The notes beneath the pieces were generated by a model. That model made no database searches, had not been told where the DNA came from, and saw only the letters and a list, made by a program, of their open reading frames with translations. A stretch of 36,876 nt of DNA from a virus (lineage: Duplodnaviria > Caudoviricetes): positions 1 through 36,876 of the IMG/VR virus record IMGVR_UViG_3300017768_000024. One strand, written 5' to 3'. Made by a program: the position numbers and the translations under genes. Positions 18,369 through 27,775 of the stretch are shown here, in pieces. How positions within the stretch are numbered: the stretch's first letter is position 1; each line of letters begins with the position of its first letter.

Positions 18369-19478
18369 ATGTCGTTCAAGAAAAGTCTTGAAGAATCAGA
18401 TAAGTCCAAATCATCCTTTCAGGTTCATAAGAAGTTTAAGTTTACTGAAGCCGATAGCGGCAGTGGTGTATTCGCAATCCCTATAGTTCAAGGGACTGAT
18501 TCTAATCTATATAATTTTTCAACCGATACTGCAGATTCAAAGACTGTTTCTGATAGTGTGTTTTATAAGACACCTAACTACGGGATGATTAATAACTTAT
18601 ATTATAAAGATATAAGGAACATGGGCGGTTATATAGATTTAATTCGTGGAGTACCTACATCATCACAAGCTTTAGTTGAATATGATTCAGAAAGTGTTTT
18701 GGACAACACAAAAAAAGTTCTACGTAGACCTCACACACGACAACTCGGAACAACAGCTACTGTAATATCTTTACCACAAAAATTTTACGGAGAAGGTATA
18801 AAACCTTTCTCTGTATTAGTGACGGATAATAGCACAGACTCTACCTTATTATTAAGAGACGATGGCAGAGGTAATCTATATGATGTAGCTTTCTCTGCGA
18901 GTTATGCTAGTAGGTCACCTATCGCAGCGGGCAGTGGTAGTTTAGTAGGTAACGTATTTTATACCGATGGCTTTGTTGTTATAACTGAAACAAGTGAACC
19001 ATATAACACAATTGGAACACTTGAGGGGAGTGATGGTTTTTCAGTAGAATTTAAATCTACAAAAACTATTTATGAAAGAGAATATCTATGTTCGATAGAT
19101 GAAAATGAATTTCAGTTTACAAACAATAAAAGTGCTAGAGTAGGTCGTAGTGGTAGTATCGAGATAGCTTATGACACATTAGCTGGCCTGAACACTTCAA
19201 TAGCATATACTGCATCAACCTCATCCATCTCAACAGAATATCCTCGTGTAGACTATGCAACATTAGGATATTCCACAAGCTCCTACGATAAAGATGGATA
19301 CAATATTGGAAAAGAATTTATTGGTGAAACCACACACAGTGAATTTTCTCCTTATGTCACAACAATCGGTCTATACAACGATGAAGACGAGTTAGTGGCA
19401 ATCGGTAAACCTGCCAGTCCGATAAAGAATGAAAAGGATTTATCACTCACATTTGTTGTGAGATTTGACACAAATTAA
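18369..19478 (+). CDS. virion structural protein, paralogous to 17315..18358
   Basis: C-terminal YVTTIGLYNDEDELVAIGKPASPI...VRFD; shared L.DD and G..FY..G motifs. Confidence 0.7.
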   Translation: MSFKKSLEESDKSKSSFQVHKKFKFTEADSGSGVFAIPIVQGTDSNLYNFSTDTADSKTVSDSVFYKTPNYGMINNLYYKDIRNMGGYIDLIRGVPTSSQALVEYDSESVLDNTKKVLRRPHTRQLGTTATVISLPQKFYGEGIKPFSVLVTDNSTDSTLLLRDDGRGNLYDVAFSASYASRSPIAAGSGSLVGNVFYTDGFVVITETSEPYNTIGTLEGSDGFSVEFKSTKTIYEREYLCSIDENEFQFTNNKSARVGRSGSIEIAYDTLAGLNTSIAYTASTSSISTEYPRVDYATLGYSTSSYDKDGYNIGKEFIGETTHSEFSPYVTTIGLYNDEDELVAIGKPASPIKNEKDLSLTFVVRFDTN

Positions 19479-19511
19479 TCCCCCAAGCCATATTTTTTCA
19501 AGATATATATA

Positions 19512-19519
19512 ATATTTAT
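19512..19519 (+). promoter_or_regulatory. putative late promoter motif ATATTTAT
   Basis: In the 112-nt spacer upstream of the exported-protein operon. Confidence 0.45.
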
Positions 19520-19590
19520 ATAGTGAAATAAAGTCTATACTTTTTAGTCTAAAAGGTTACTAATTTTTTTGAAATATTAGGAGATTTACA

Positions 19591-22503
19591 TTGCGTAAAT
19601 TTTTATTGACTCTGTTAATGGTTATGGGTTTTGCATACTCTCAGACACCAATTATCAGACTCATGCAATCGAGAACATATAAGACACCAAAGTTTTGGTG
19701 GAGAGACCAAGTGACTCAAGACTTGAGAACATACTTGGCTGACGATACCTCAACCCCTGCCTATAAGAATAATAACTTTGACGCTTGGAGAGATTCTGTA
19801 ATGACAGTAGCCGTCACACTTGATGACAATGGTGCTAGTGTCACGGCCTTTCGTTTAGATTTAGTGTTCGATAATGATTTATTTACTTGGGACAATACAA
19901 CAACTACAGGACACGACTCGACGCGGGTTGAAAAGGGAGCTTATATCGCTGGTTGGACTGAGGGTGATAATGGAGAGAATGGTCATCATTATTCATATGA
20001 GGTAACTTGGTATAACAACGTTGGTTATACAGATGGTATAGCTAGTGCTGGTAGTGAGAAATCAGCTAGTGATAGTAGATATGATTGGTTGAGAATAACT
20101 ATGGTATCACACAACGGAAGTACACATACTTTCGGTAATGGTGATGGTAATCAAACAGAATTATTAAAATTACATTTTAAAGTGAATGACGTAGCTGATA
20201 ATTTTAATGCTAGAAGTTTTAGGGTAGCTACCGAGTATGAGAATAATACTGGGTATTATACTTACGTTACTAATGGTAATTACGCATCAGCGTATAAGGT
20301 TTATATTGATGGTAACTATGGAACTGAATCAACTAACCTTGATGGGGCTAGAGGTGATATAACACTACACCCAAAATTATTGGATGTTGAAGGGTACTTT
20401 AGATATGCTGGTGGTCATGGCAGAGCGGCTGGTGAATCGTGGAACACACAAGCGGAAAATACATATCCGTATTGGAAGATTAAGTTTGAGTTAGATAGAA
20501 ATGAAGCTAACTTTAACCCAAGAATAACAAATTGGTATAACTTAGAAGATATTGCTAATGATGCTAATACAGCTGACGAGGATGGAAGTGACGATGTTAT
20601 CGGTGACCACGCCTCCACATTTAGATTTAACAAAAAAGCTCTCAATGGAAACACCGCATCAACTGGTGATGCTACTTTACCTGGTGAGGGATTCTTAGGT
20701 ATATCATATTATGATTCTACTTACACCGATGATAAGGGATATTATAATATTCAGTTACCAAGAAACAATAGATATCGTATGTCATTCTGGCCACCAGATG
20801 GGTCTGACGGAATACCTGGTCATACGATTCTTGAGTTGGATAGGGATGACATTACAACTGTAGCTGATGCTATAAAATCGTTTAACTTTCAATCAAGTAA
20901 ACATAAAAATTATAATGCAGGTGGCACACGTATAGATACCTTGACTGCTATAGAATACTTGATAGGTGATGTCGATGGTGATGATAAGTTTTTCTTAAAT
21001 GACACATACATATTGTGGTCATACGTTTCAGGTATTATGAGTAACTATACGCACCACAACGGAAACTCTTATGAGGATTGGTCTACAATAGATAACTTTA
21101 ATGGTAACAATACAAGTTACACATACTATCAAACTGTTAATGGTCAGTCAAGACCACAGAAATATGAGTTCACGGTTTATTGGGATGAGACCACGATAGC
21201 AGAAAAGTCGAGACTTGACAGAACAAATGAGAATCCAGCTTACTTTGTAAACAATAGTGCTGGTTGGGTGGATAGTTTGAAAGCTCCAATGACTGTAACA
21301 AAGGCTCTTGTAGATGCTCAAAAAGCATTAGATGTATCCGGTAACTTTGTTGGTCAAATAGAAATATTAAACCCTCTAATGAATGATGCACAAACTGGTT
21401 TAGATACATTACATTTAGTATTGGGTGCTGGATATTCTGAATGGCACAAGGATAGATTATATGAACGAAATAATCAGAAGGGTAATCCTGACTATCTGAT
21501 GCCTGATATTGGATATTACTTTACTGGTGATGTAAATACTACAGGTACAAAAGTTACAGAGAGTGGTGGTGACGGATATCAAAATGATATAGCTTCTAAT
21601 ATAATGTATCATAGATGGAAAGGTGTTAGTGCACCAGGTCATCATGTGAATAAGTTTAATCCTACCGCTGGTTCTTTGAACAAAACAAAAATAGACTCAA
21701 GTGTTCAACCTGATGTTTATCTATCGTTACCTGCAGACTCTACTGTTAGGGTACAATCTGGTAATCAAATCGAAGTACCATTAACAATCATACCAAATGA
21801 TAATGTTATTGTTGCTGGTTTTGAGTTTGAGGTAGAGTTTGATACTAGAGCGTTGAAGTTTATTGATATGAAAACCGACGTATTACCTGGCCCTTGGATG
21901 ACCTATGTAAACGTACATGACCCAATAGCTGGATGGCAAAAGGTTTCATTTGGTGGTATCGATTACTCACCTAACAATGCACCAGAGACGTATCATATAA
22001 CAGCAGAAATGATAGGTCTTAAATTATTATTTGAGGCAGAGTTTCCTGAAGCAGAAGAATTATACACAGCACCTATTAAGTTTGTTGGTAAGAGTGCGGC
22101 GTCGACACCAAATGGTGAGGACTTGATTGTACACAAGAGTGATGGGTATGTCGAGGTATGGAATAAGTATTGGGCATTTGGAGGTTCAAAGCCAGATAGT
22201 GAAAGTATAACATACAATTATCCGAATCCATTTAAAGAAAATACAGTATTTCAATTTTACTTAAGTGAATCACAGAACGTAAAGTTGTACATTTTAAACT
22301 CAATGGGTCAGAGAATCGGAACGTTATTAAACGAGTATGTATTTGAAGGATTACATACCTTTGACTTTACAAATGAACCAAGCATTTGGATACCTGAGAT
22401 GAGTATTTATGAAAAACATCAAAAGTTAGAACCTGGTGTTTATATTTTTGTATTACAAACGGAAAAGAGATTGAAAGCTAATAAATTTACGGTGGTAAAA
22501 TAA
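19591..22503 (+). CDS. secreted protein with cohesin-like and dockerin-like domains and T9SS-type (Por) C-terminal sorting domain
   Basis: TTG start with AGGAGA RBS; signal peptide; two cohesin-like regions (VTAFRLDLVFD...LLKLHFKV; IEVPL...VAGFEFEVEFD); GDVDGDDKFFLND loop; NYPNPF...VKLYILNSMGQ...PGVYIFVL...KFTVVK tail. Confidence 0.8.
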   Translation: MRKFLLTLLMVMGFAYSQTPIIRLMQSRTYKTPKFWWRDQVTQDLRTYLADDTSTPAYKNNNFDAWRDSVMTVAVTLDDNGASVTAFRLDLVFDNDLFTWDNTTTTGHDSTRVEKGAYIAGWTEGDNGENGHHYSYEVTWYNNVGYTDGIASAGSEKSASDSRYDWLRITMVSHNGSTHTFGNGDGNQTELLKLHFKVNDVADNFNARSFRVATEYENNTGYYTYVTNGNYASAYKVYIDGNYGTESTNLDGARGDITLHPKLLDVEGYFRYAGGHGRAAGESWNTQAENTYPYWKIKFELDRNEANFNPRITNWYNLEDIANDANTADEDGSDDVIGDHASTFRFNKKALNGNTASTGDATLPGEGFLGISYYDSTYTDDKGYYNIQLPRNNRYRMSFWPPDGSDGIPGHTILELDRDDITTVADAIKSFNFQSSKHKNYNAGGTRIDTLTAIEYLIGDVDGDDKFFLNDTYILWSYVSGIMSNYTHHNGNSYEDWSTIDNFNGNNTSYTYYQTVNGQSRPQKYEFTVYWDETTIAEKSRLDRTNENPAYFVNNSAGWVDSLKAPMTVTKALVDAQKALDVSGNFVGQIEILNPLMNDAQTGLDTLHLVLGAGYSEWHKDRLYERNNQKGNPDYLMPDIGYYFTGDVNTTGTKVTESGGDGYQNDIASNIMYHRWKGVSAPGHHVNKFNPTAGSLNKTKIDSSVQPDVYLSLPADSTVRVQSGNQIEVPLTIIPNDNVIVAGFEFEVEFDTRALKFIDMKTDVLPGPWMTYVNVHDPIAGWQKVSFGGIDYSPNNAPETYHITAEMIGLKLLFEAEFPEAEELYTAPIKFVGKSAASTPNGEDLIVHKSDGYVEVWNKYWAFGGSKPDSESITYNYPNPFKENTVFQFYLSESQNVKLYILNSMGQRIGTLLNEYVFEGLHTFDFTNEPSIWIPEMSIYEKHQKLEPGVYIFVLQTEKRLKANKFTVVK

Positions 22504-22610
22504 TGGATGAATGGCAATTCTTTTTAGCATTAGCTATAATGTTACCAGCATTATATTGGACATTGAAGTTCATCGTGTGGTTTGCTGAAAAGGTAGAGAG
22601 AAAAAAATGA
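22503..22610 (+). CDS. 35-aa single-TM protein (below ORF-track cutoff)
   Basis: MDEWQFFLALAIMLPALYWTLKFIVWFAEKVERKK; TAATG and ATGA overlaps with both neighbours. Confidence 0.7.
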   Translation: MDEWQFFLALAIMLPALYWTLKFIVWFAEKVERKK

Positions 22611-23455
22611 AAAAAATATTCTTAACATTACTTCTTTTTAGTAATCTATTTGCACAAGCAAATAATTTACTTACGATATCTCCGTCTGCGCACACGAGTT
22701 CGATTGGAAACGTAACGTTACCAATGATGAGTCCTGCTAGAAATCATATTGATAATGATAAATTTACTTTTACGAGGGTCAATTGGTTGGGTAATATTGT
22801 CGATGATATGAACTATATGCACTTTAATTTGGCTAGAGGTTCATTCGATGTATATGCATTAATATTCAACTACGGACAACAATTAGAAACAGACATAAGT
22901 GGTGTGGTTACAGGTAGGTTTTCACCTATGAGTTCAGTATGGGGTGTCAGCTGGGGAACTGTGATAAAAGGATATAACGTCGGTGTAACTGGTAAAGTTT
23001 TATCACATGATTTATATACACAAAAAACACACGGAACCGCATTTGATGTAGCAACATACCTACCAAAAGTTTATAAAGATTTAGATGTAGATGTGGCTAT
23101 AAAAAACTTTGGATTTGCTCCAACATTCGGTACGTATAAAACAAAATTACCAACCAGCTTGAATGTAGCCATGACATATCCATACAAACAATGGATGTTC
23201 TATGAACAACATAATATTTATAATGGACACGTAACATCTGGTATGGGTGCTTCATATAAATACGAGGTAAAAAACCAGGCAACAATTTTAGCTAAAGCTG
23301 GATATTATTCAGATAAGTCGCATGAGTTATCATATCCTACATTTGGTGTGGATTTAAAGTATGACAAATACTTTATAGGTATGAGTTATATTTATGGAGA
23401 CCAGACGTTACCAGTAAGTAACACATTTAGATTAACAATAAACTTGGAGTTGTAA
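22607..23455 (+). CDS. PorV/PorQ-family outer-membrane beta-barrel
   Basis: Signal peptide; LLTISPSAHTSSIG, NWL, G.AFDV, IKNFG, KLPTSLNV, AGY and L.NTFRLTI motifs match the PorV layout; alternating beta-strands. Confidence 0.7.
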   Translation: MKKIFLTLLLFSNLFAQANNLLTISPSAHTSSIGNVTLPMMSPARNHIDNDKFTFTRVNWLGNIVDDMNYMHFNLARGSFDVYALIFNYGQQLETDISGVVTGRFSPMSSVWGVSWGTVIKGYNVGVTGKVLSHDLYTQKTHGTAFDVATYLPKVYKDLDVDVAIKNFGFAPTFGTYKTKLPTSLNVAMTYPYKQWMFYEQHNIYNGHVTSGMGASYKYEVKNQATILAKAGYYSDKSHELSYPTFGVDLKYDKYFIGMSYIYGDQTLPVSNTFRLTINLEL

Positions 23456-23456
23456 A

Positions 23457-23846
23457 ATGCCTAAAAACGTAGTAGATGCAGAAGCTGCAGTCGAAGAAAT
23501 AAAAAATAAAAAGTTTGGATTATCAATCCAAAATATCATAGCGCTTGTAACGGTTTTATCCACAGGTATCGCAGGTTGGTATTCATTTACTGGTCGTATC
23601 GATGGATTAGAAGAAATCGTTGAAGGCTTTGCTGAAGCGAGTGATATAGAATTAGTGACAACTAAACTTGATAAGTATGATGAGGATTTCAAATATCTTC
23701 GTGAAAAAGTTGATGGTATGAAAACACCTAAAGTTAAGTCTTATGATAAAGATGTAGCTAACTTAAACAATGAAATCAAAAATCTAAAAAGAGAAATCAA
23801 GAAGTTAGAAAAACTACTTAAAGACCCTTTATCAGATTTTAGATAG
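23457..23846 (+). CDS. membrane-anchored coiled-coil protein
   Basis: GGAG RBS; one TM segment then heptad repeats. Confidence 0.75.
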   Translation: MPKNVVDAEAAVEEIKNKKFGLSIQNIIALVTVLSTGIAGWYSFTGRIDGLEEIVEGFAEASDIELVTTKLDKYDEDFKYLREKVDGMKTPKVKSYDKDVANLNNEIKNLKREIKKLEKLLKDPLSDFR

Positions 23847-23853
23847 GAGATAT

Positions 23854-24234
23854 ATGGGAATATTAGAACTCATAGCTGGTTTAATTATCGGCATTTCGAT
23901 TGGTAGTTTCGACAGAGAACCTGTCTTACCAAGCGATAGTACAAAAGTTTCTCAAGCGTATTACAACGTATATTATGATGTACATTTTAGAAACTCATAT
24001 TCAGACCTCTATTGGAACAAAAACTATAGGGATTATTACTATGGTGTAAATTATTATGTAGACACACCTAAATATGTTTACATCAAACCAAAGAAAAAAA
24101 GAAGTGGTGAATACAGAAGACGTACTAACAATGGTGGAAGTAAAGGTGGATACCGAGGTGGTGGAAGTAAAGGTGGTAACCGAGGTGGCGGTGGAAAAAG
24201 TAATGGTGGTAGAAGAACCACAAGGAGAGAATAA
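23854..24234 (+). CDS. hypothetical exported protein, Tyr-rich with Gly/Arg-rich tail
   Basis: AGGAG RBS; hydrophobic N-terminus. Confidence 0.7.
   Translation: MGILELIAGLIIGISIGSFDREPVLPSDSTKVSQAYYNVYYDVHFRNSYSDLYWNKNYRDYYYGVNYYVDTPKYVYIKPKKKRSGEYRRRTNNGGSKGGYRGGGSKGGNRGGGGKSNGGRRTTRRE
24133..24186 (+). repeat. 27-nt tandem coding repeat x2 (GGSKGGxRG)
   Basis: GGTGGAAGTAAAGGTGGATACCGAGGT / GGTGGAAGTAAAGGTGGTAACCGAGGT. Confidence 0.85.
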
Positions 24235-24605
24235 TGAAAGATAATAAAAAGTTTTGGATATTATTTGCTATAATAATAGCATTATCTGTAGGTACACAAT
24301 TAGTTGGACAAGAAGTCGAAGAAACTGCAGGTGAAAAAGTAGTAAAAACAATTCAAGATTGGGATTTCAAAAAATATGAATCCGCTCATAAAAGAGCACA
24401 TATGAAAATGAATCAGAAACAAGGTGCTCAAAAGAAACAAATGGTGGTGAGACAAGCTCGTAAGAAGATGAGAACACGTCGTATGATTCAGACATTAGTT
24501 GTTGCGGGTGTTTCATATTACATCGGATATAAAGTCGGTGAAGATTCTTGGATGGATAAGAAAAAAGATGGTGGTAAAAAACCAATTATATGGAGAGACA
24601 AATGA
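24234..24605 (+). CDS. hypothetical membrane/exported protein
   Basis: AGGAG RBS; signal peptide-like N-terminus and a second hydrophobic segment. Confidence 0.7.
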   Translation: MKDNKKFWILFAIIIALSVGTQLVGQEVEETAGEKVVKTIQDWDFKKYESAHKRAHMKMNQKQGAQKKQMVVRQARKKMRTRRMIQTLVVAGVSYYIGYKVGEDSWMDKKKDGGKKPIIWRDK

Positions 24606-25237
24606 TAAAAATATTACCATTAGTATTAGTATTCTTTGGTTGTGCGGCTTCTGTATCAACCGAGCAATATGTCGGTGAGTATGAAAAACAAAAATCATTA
24701 GATGAAGTTGAAGTCACAAAAGTTGATGGTTTAAAACTATATGATTTAAAGTTTAATAAGGAGTTAGAAGAAAGATATCCTGAACTCGCTGAGAAGAGAG
24801 TTTCTATGGGTTTGGTTCAAGAACTTCAAAACGTGATATCTTATATCGGTAGATTTAATCTGATAGAAGCCGAAAGAGATATGCAACTTTTAATTATGAA
24901 TGATTTGAAAGCTAACAAAGCCAAGATTACAAAAGCTAAATATTCAGCTAGTGTTAGTATTTATGATTTCGGTGTTAACTTAAAAGAAGAGATAAAAGCT
25001 GGTAAGGTTGAAACAATCAACGAGACTTTTGTCGGTATTCAAGTAAAGTTGATTAATAACGAGAACACACAATATGTTGTCGGTAGTGGTAGAGGAACCG
25101 CATCGACTATAGGTAAGGGGTTTCTTATGAATCCAAATATGGATTGGAACCAAAGTTCTCTCAGTTCCGCATCAAATAAAGCTATGGAGACAGCCGTAGT
25201 CAATGTTATAAAAGCTATTGACAGACGAGGTTGGTAA
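24602..25237 (+). CDS. CsgG-like lipoprotein
   Basis: Start 24602 (GGAGAG RBS); MIKILPLVLVFFG-C lipobox; GRFNLIE, SIYDF, VGIQVKLIN and KAMETAV pattern of CsgG/FlgO-type folds. Confidence 0.6.
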   Translation: MIKILPLVLVFFGCAASVSTEQYVGEYEKQKSLDEVEVTKVDGLKLYDLKFNKELEERYPELAEKRVSMGLVQELQNVISYIGRFNLIEAERDMQLLIMNDLKANKAKITKAKYSASVSIYDFGVNLKEEIKAGKVETINETFVGIQVKLINNENTQYVVGSGRGTASTIGKGFLMNPNMDWNQSSLSSASNKAMETAVVNVIKAIDRRGW

Positions 25238-25242
25238 TATGA

Positions 25243-26223
25243 ATGGGGCAGAGGTTATTTAGTTTTTTATTTTTGTTGAGTAGTATCTCTGCCCAATCAT
25301 TCTTTTATAGTTATATAGACCCTTGTGAACAAACAACAGTTAGGACATCCACAAGTTTACAAAACGGCACAGAGGGGTTTCAAGTCACGTACTACAATCG
25401 TACAAAATTTTTCACATTAGAACAAGTCATAAGTGGTGAGTTAGAACAATGGACTCAAAATGTGTATAAAGATTTTGAGAAGTTATTTCCTTGTGCAGTC
25501 AGAGTGGCTGAGGAGGTGCTATCATCTGTTATAGCGGATAACGTTTCTGAACAATTTACTAAAAGTGATATTAGTAATGACCCAACACAGGTCAACTATG
25601 CGATTCGTTCTACAAGAGGTGAAGAAAGGTGGATAACACAATTTAATAGTGTGTACACGGCTACATCATTCGATGGTAATAGTAGACACGATGGTAACTT
25701 TAATTTTACTGATGATTTTAAAAAAACATCTCTTACATATGGTAGAGGTTTTAGATTTAAAGCAAAAAAACAAAATGTACAATTATCTGCTAGTGGATTG
25801 ACCTATCAGACTTTTGAGGGGTGGGATTGGTTATTATCGACATCTGCAGCTAAATCATTACAAAAGAAAAATTCACAAGCTGCAGTATTAACTGGTAGTT
25901 ATGGAAGTGTGAGTGGAGTTGGATTTGGTAATATAACAGCTTTGTATGCTATGAGGTATCCTGCAAAATTCACGTTTGGTGAGGTGACGTTCTCAAACTA
26001 CATAGCTTATACACTATTGAGGTATTATGAGGGGAATATTGATGGTGGTAGATATTTATTATTGAGAAGTCCCATTATCTTTTTTCCAACCATCTCGTTT
26101 GATTGGAAGATTGGAACGGCATTCACATTCAATGTGGGTGTATCAATGGGATATAATACCGTGGTAAATGATTATGGTAAAAGAAATCAAACCTTTTCAG
26201 TATTACTTGGAACTTATTTTTAG
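25243..26223 (+). CDS. putative outer-membrane beta-barrel protein
   Basis: Signal peptide; amphipathic aromatic-rich strands; C-terminal beta-signal FSVLLGTYF. Confidence 0.65.
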   Translation: MGQRLFSFLFLLSSISAQSFFYSYIDPCEQTTVRTSTSLQNGTEGFQVTYYNRTKFFTLEQVISGELEQWTQNVYKDFEKLFPCAVRVAEEVLSSVIADNVSEQFTKSDISNDPTQVNYAIRSTRGEERWITQFNSVYTATSFDGNSRHDGNFNFTDDFKKTSLTYGRGFRFKAKKQNVQLSASGLTYQTFEGWDWLLSTSAAKSLQKKNSQAAVLTGSYGSVSGVGFGNITALYAMRYPAKFTFGEVTFSNYIAYTLLRYYEGNIDGGRYLLLRSPIIFFPTISFDWKIGTAFTFNVGVSMGYNTVVNDYGKRNQTFSVLLGTYF

Positions 26224-26232
26224 GAGACAAAA

Positions 26233-26838
26233 ATGAAACGTAGATTTTTAATTTACTTTTTACTTGGGTTTGCTATGATGGAAATAGCATCAGGTCAAGG
26301 TGAAATTATGCGTTCAAGATTAGAACGTGAAAATGAACGTGATAAACAAAGAAAAGAACAAAAAGAATCTGCATTACCACAACCTGCTATTTTAGGTGAG
26401 GATTTAAGAATACCAACACTAAAGATTAGTGAGTTTGTTAAGGTATCTGAAAATACAGGTATCACAGATAATAGGACTACTATGGGTGTTCGTCAGTTAT
26501 TGGAGGAGGCTTTCTCTGATAGTAGGTATCAGTTAGTAGCTGATGACAACGCAGATTTTATAGCGTCAGCTGAGATTGTTTGGGTTGGAAGACCAGACGA
26601 AGCATTCAGTATCATCGGTTTGTTCAGTCGTAGAAAGTCTGAGACTGAAGTTCGTATGAATATTTTGGTTAGAGAGGTAGCTACGGATAAGGTGGTATCA
26701 AGTAGAGGTGTTGGAACAATCCAAACAGATATATCTGCTACAGGATTACAGATTGAAGAAGACCTACCTTTTAACCAAAGTGAGTTTGGTGGAGCTATTA
26801 GAAAAGCTATAGACGAGGCGATGAAGCAATACAAATGA
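26233..26838 (+). CDS. exported CsgG-like protein
   Basis: AGGAG RBS; signal peptide; MGVRQLLEEA...RYQLV...VRMNILVRE...GVGT...AIRKAID parallels 24602..25237. Confidence 0.5.
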   Translation: MKRRFLIYFLLGFAMMEIASGQGEIMRSRLERENERDKQRKEQKESALPQPAILGEDLRIPTLKISEFVKVSENTGITDNRTTMGVRQLLEEAFSDSRYQLVADDNADFIASAEIVWVGRPDEAFSIIGLFSRRKSETEVRMNILVREVATDKVVSSRGVGTIQTDISATGLQIEEDLPFNQSEFGGAIRKAIDEAMKQYK

Positions 26839-27773
26839 TTAAACTTAAAGATTTATTAATGGAATCCACTTATGCACCATCTAAACAAGCTGGGCCTAGT
26901 TGGATAGATAATAAGTGGTATCCCGCTCACACAAAATCCGTATTGAATTGGGTTCGTCAAAGAGATGTGATTCCTCTAACACCATCGGTTGTGGAGAAAG
27001 CTCTTGGTAAAAAAATACCTGTAAAATCATTTCACATTACAGGACCAGATGGAATACGACAACTTAAATATGTTCTCAATAGAAAAAAAACTATATCTAC
27101 ATTTACAGCAACTCACGAAGATGAATCATTAGCTAAAGGTCGTGGTGTTCAAACAGGTATGGGTGGTATTATTTGTTATGTAGAGGGACATTTATTAGCA
27201 AAAAGGTCTATGGATTTTGATACAACACCTGATAAACAAGGTCGTAGATGGGTAAAGGCTTGGCATGTGTTTGATAAGGATAGTATGATATGGACAAATG
27301 CTTTAAAATCTTCTAAACTTGATTATGATAGTATTAGTGATAAAATGACCGATATAGAGAGAGAATATCACGACAGATGGATGTTACCAAGTGATGACCC
27401 TAATAGGATTAGTTATGATGACTATAAAGAGCAAGTTAAAAAAGCACAAGGGCCAGTCATTAACAAATATGTAAAAGATTATATTGATGTAGCAAACAAA
27501 ACTTTACTTAAAAATAAAAAACTATTCAAGAAGAGTTTGATTAATTCTAAACATAATAAAAGAACTGCTTGGTGGAATGAACTTCTTGTTTATGATACAA
27601 AGATAATAGATATATTTGTAATGCAAAGAGTATTGGATAATAGTGTATTGGCTAAAGTTGAAATAGAAAAATTATTATCAACAGCAAGTGGTAACAAACC
27701 AATTACTATCGGTTCACCTGCTCAGTTTAGAAAATGGTTCAAAGAACGAAAAGGTAAAATTCACAAGGGTTAA
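26835..27773 (+). CDS. hypothetical protein, probable internal head protein
   Basis: MIKLKDLLME N-terminus; ATGA overlap; 312 aa. Confidence 0.7.
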   Translation: MIKLKDLLMESTYAPSKQAGPSWIDNKWYPAHTKSVLNWVRQRDVIPLTPSVVEKALGKKIPVKSFHITGPDGIRQLKYVLNRKKTISTFTATHEDESLAKGRGVQTGMGGIICYVEGHLLAKRSMDFDTTPDKQGRRWVKAWHVFDKDSMIWTNALKSSKLDYDSISDKMTDIEREYHDRWMLPSDDPNRISYDDYKEQVKKAQGPVINKYVKDYIDVANKTLLKNKKLFKKSLINSKHNKRTAWWNELLVYDTKIIDIFVMQRVLDNSVLAKVEIEKLLSTASGNKPITIGSPAQFRKWFKERKGKIHKG

Positions 27774-27775
27774 TA

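Noticed and set aside
19591-22503. Cellulosome scaffoldin or host contamination
   Set aside because: No glycoside hydrolases nearby; the operon shares the promoter motif, composition and tight coupling of flanking phage genes.
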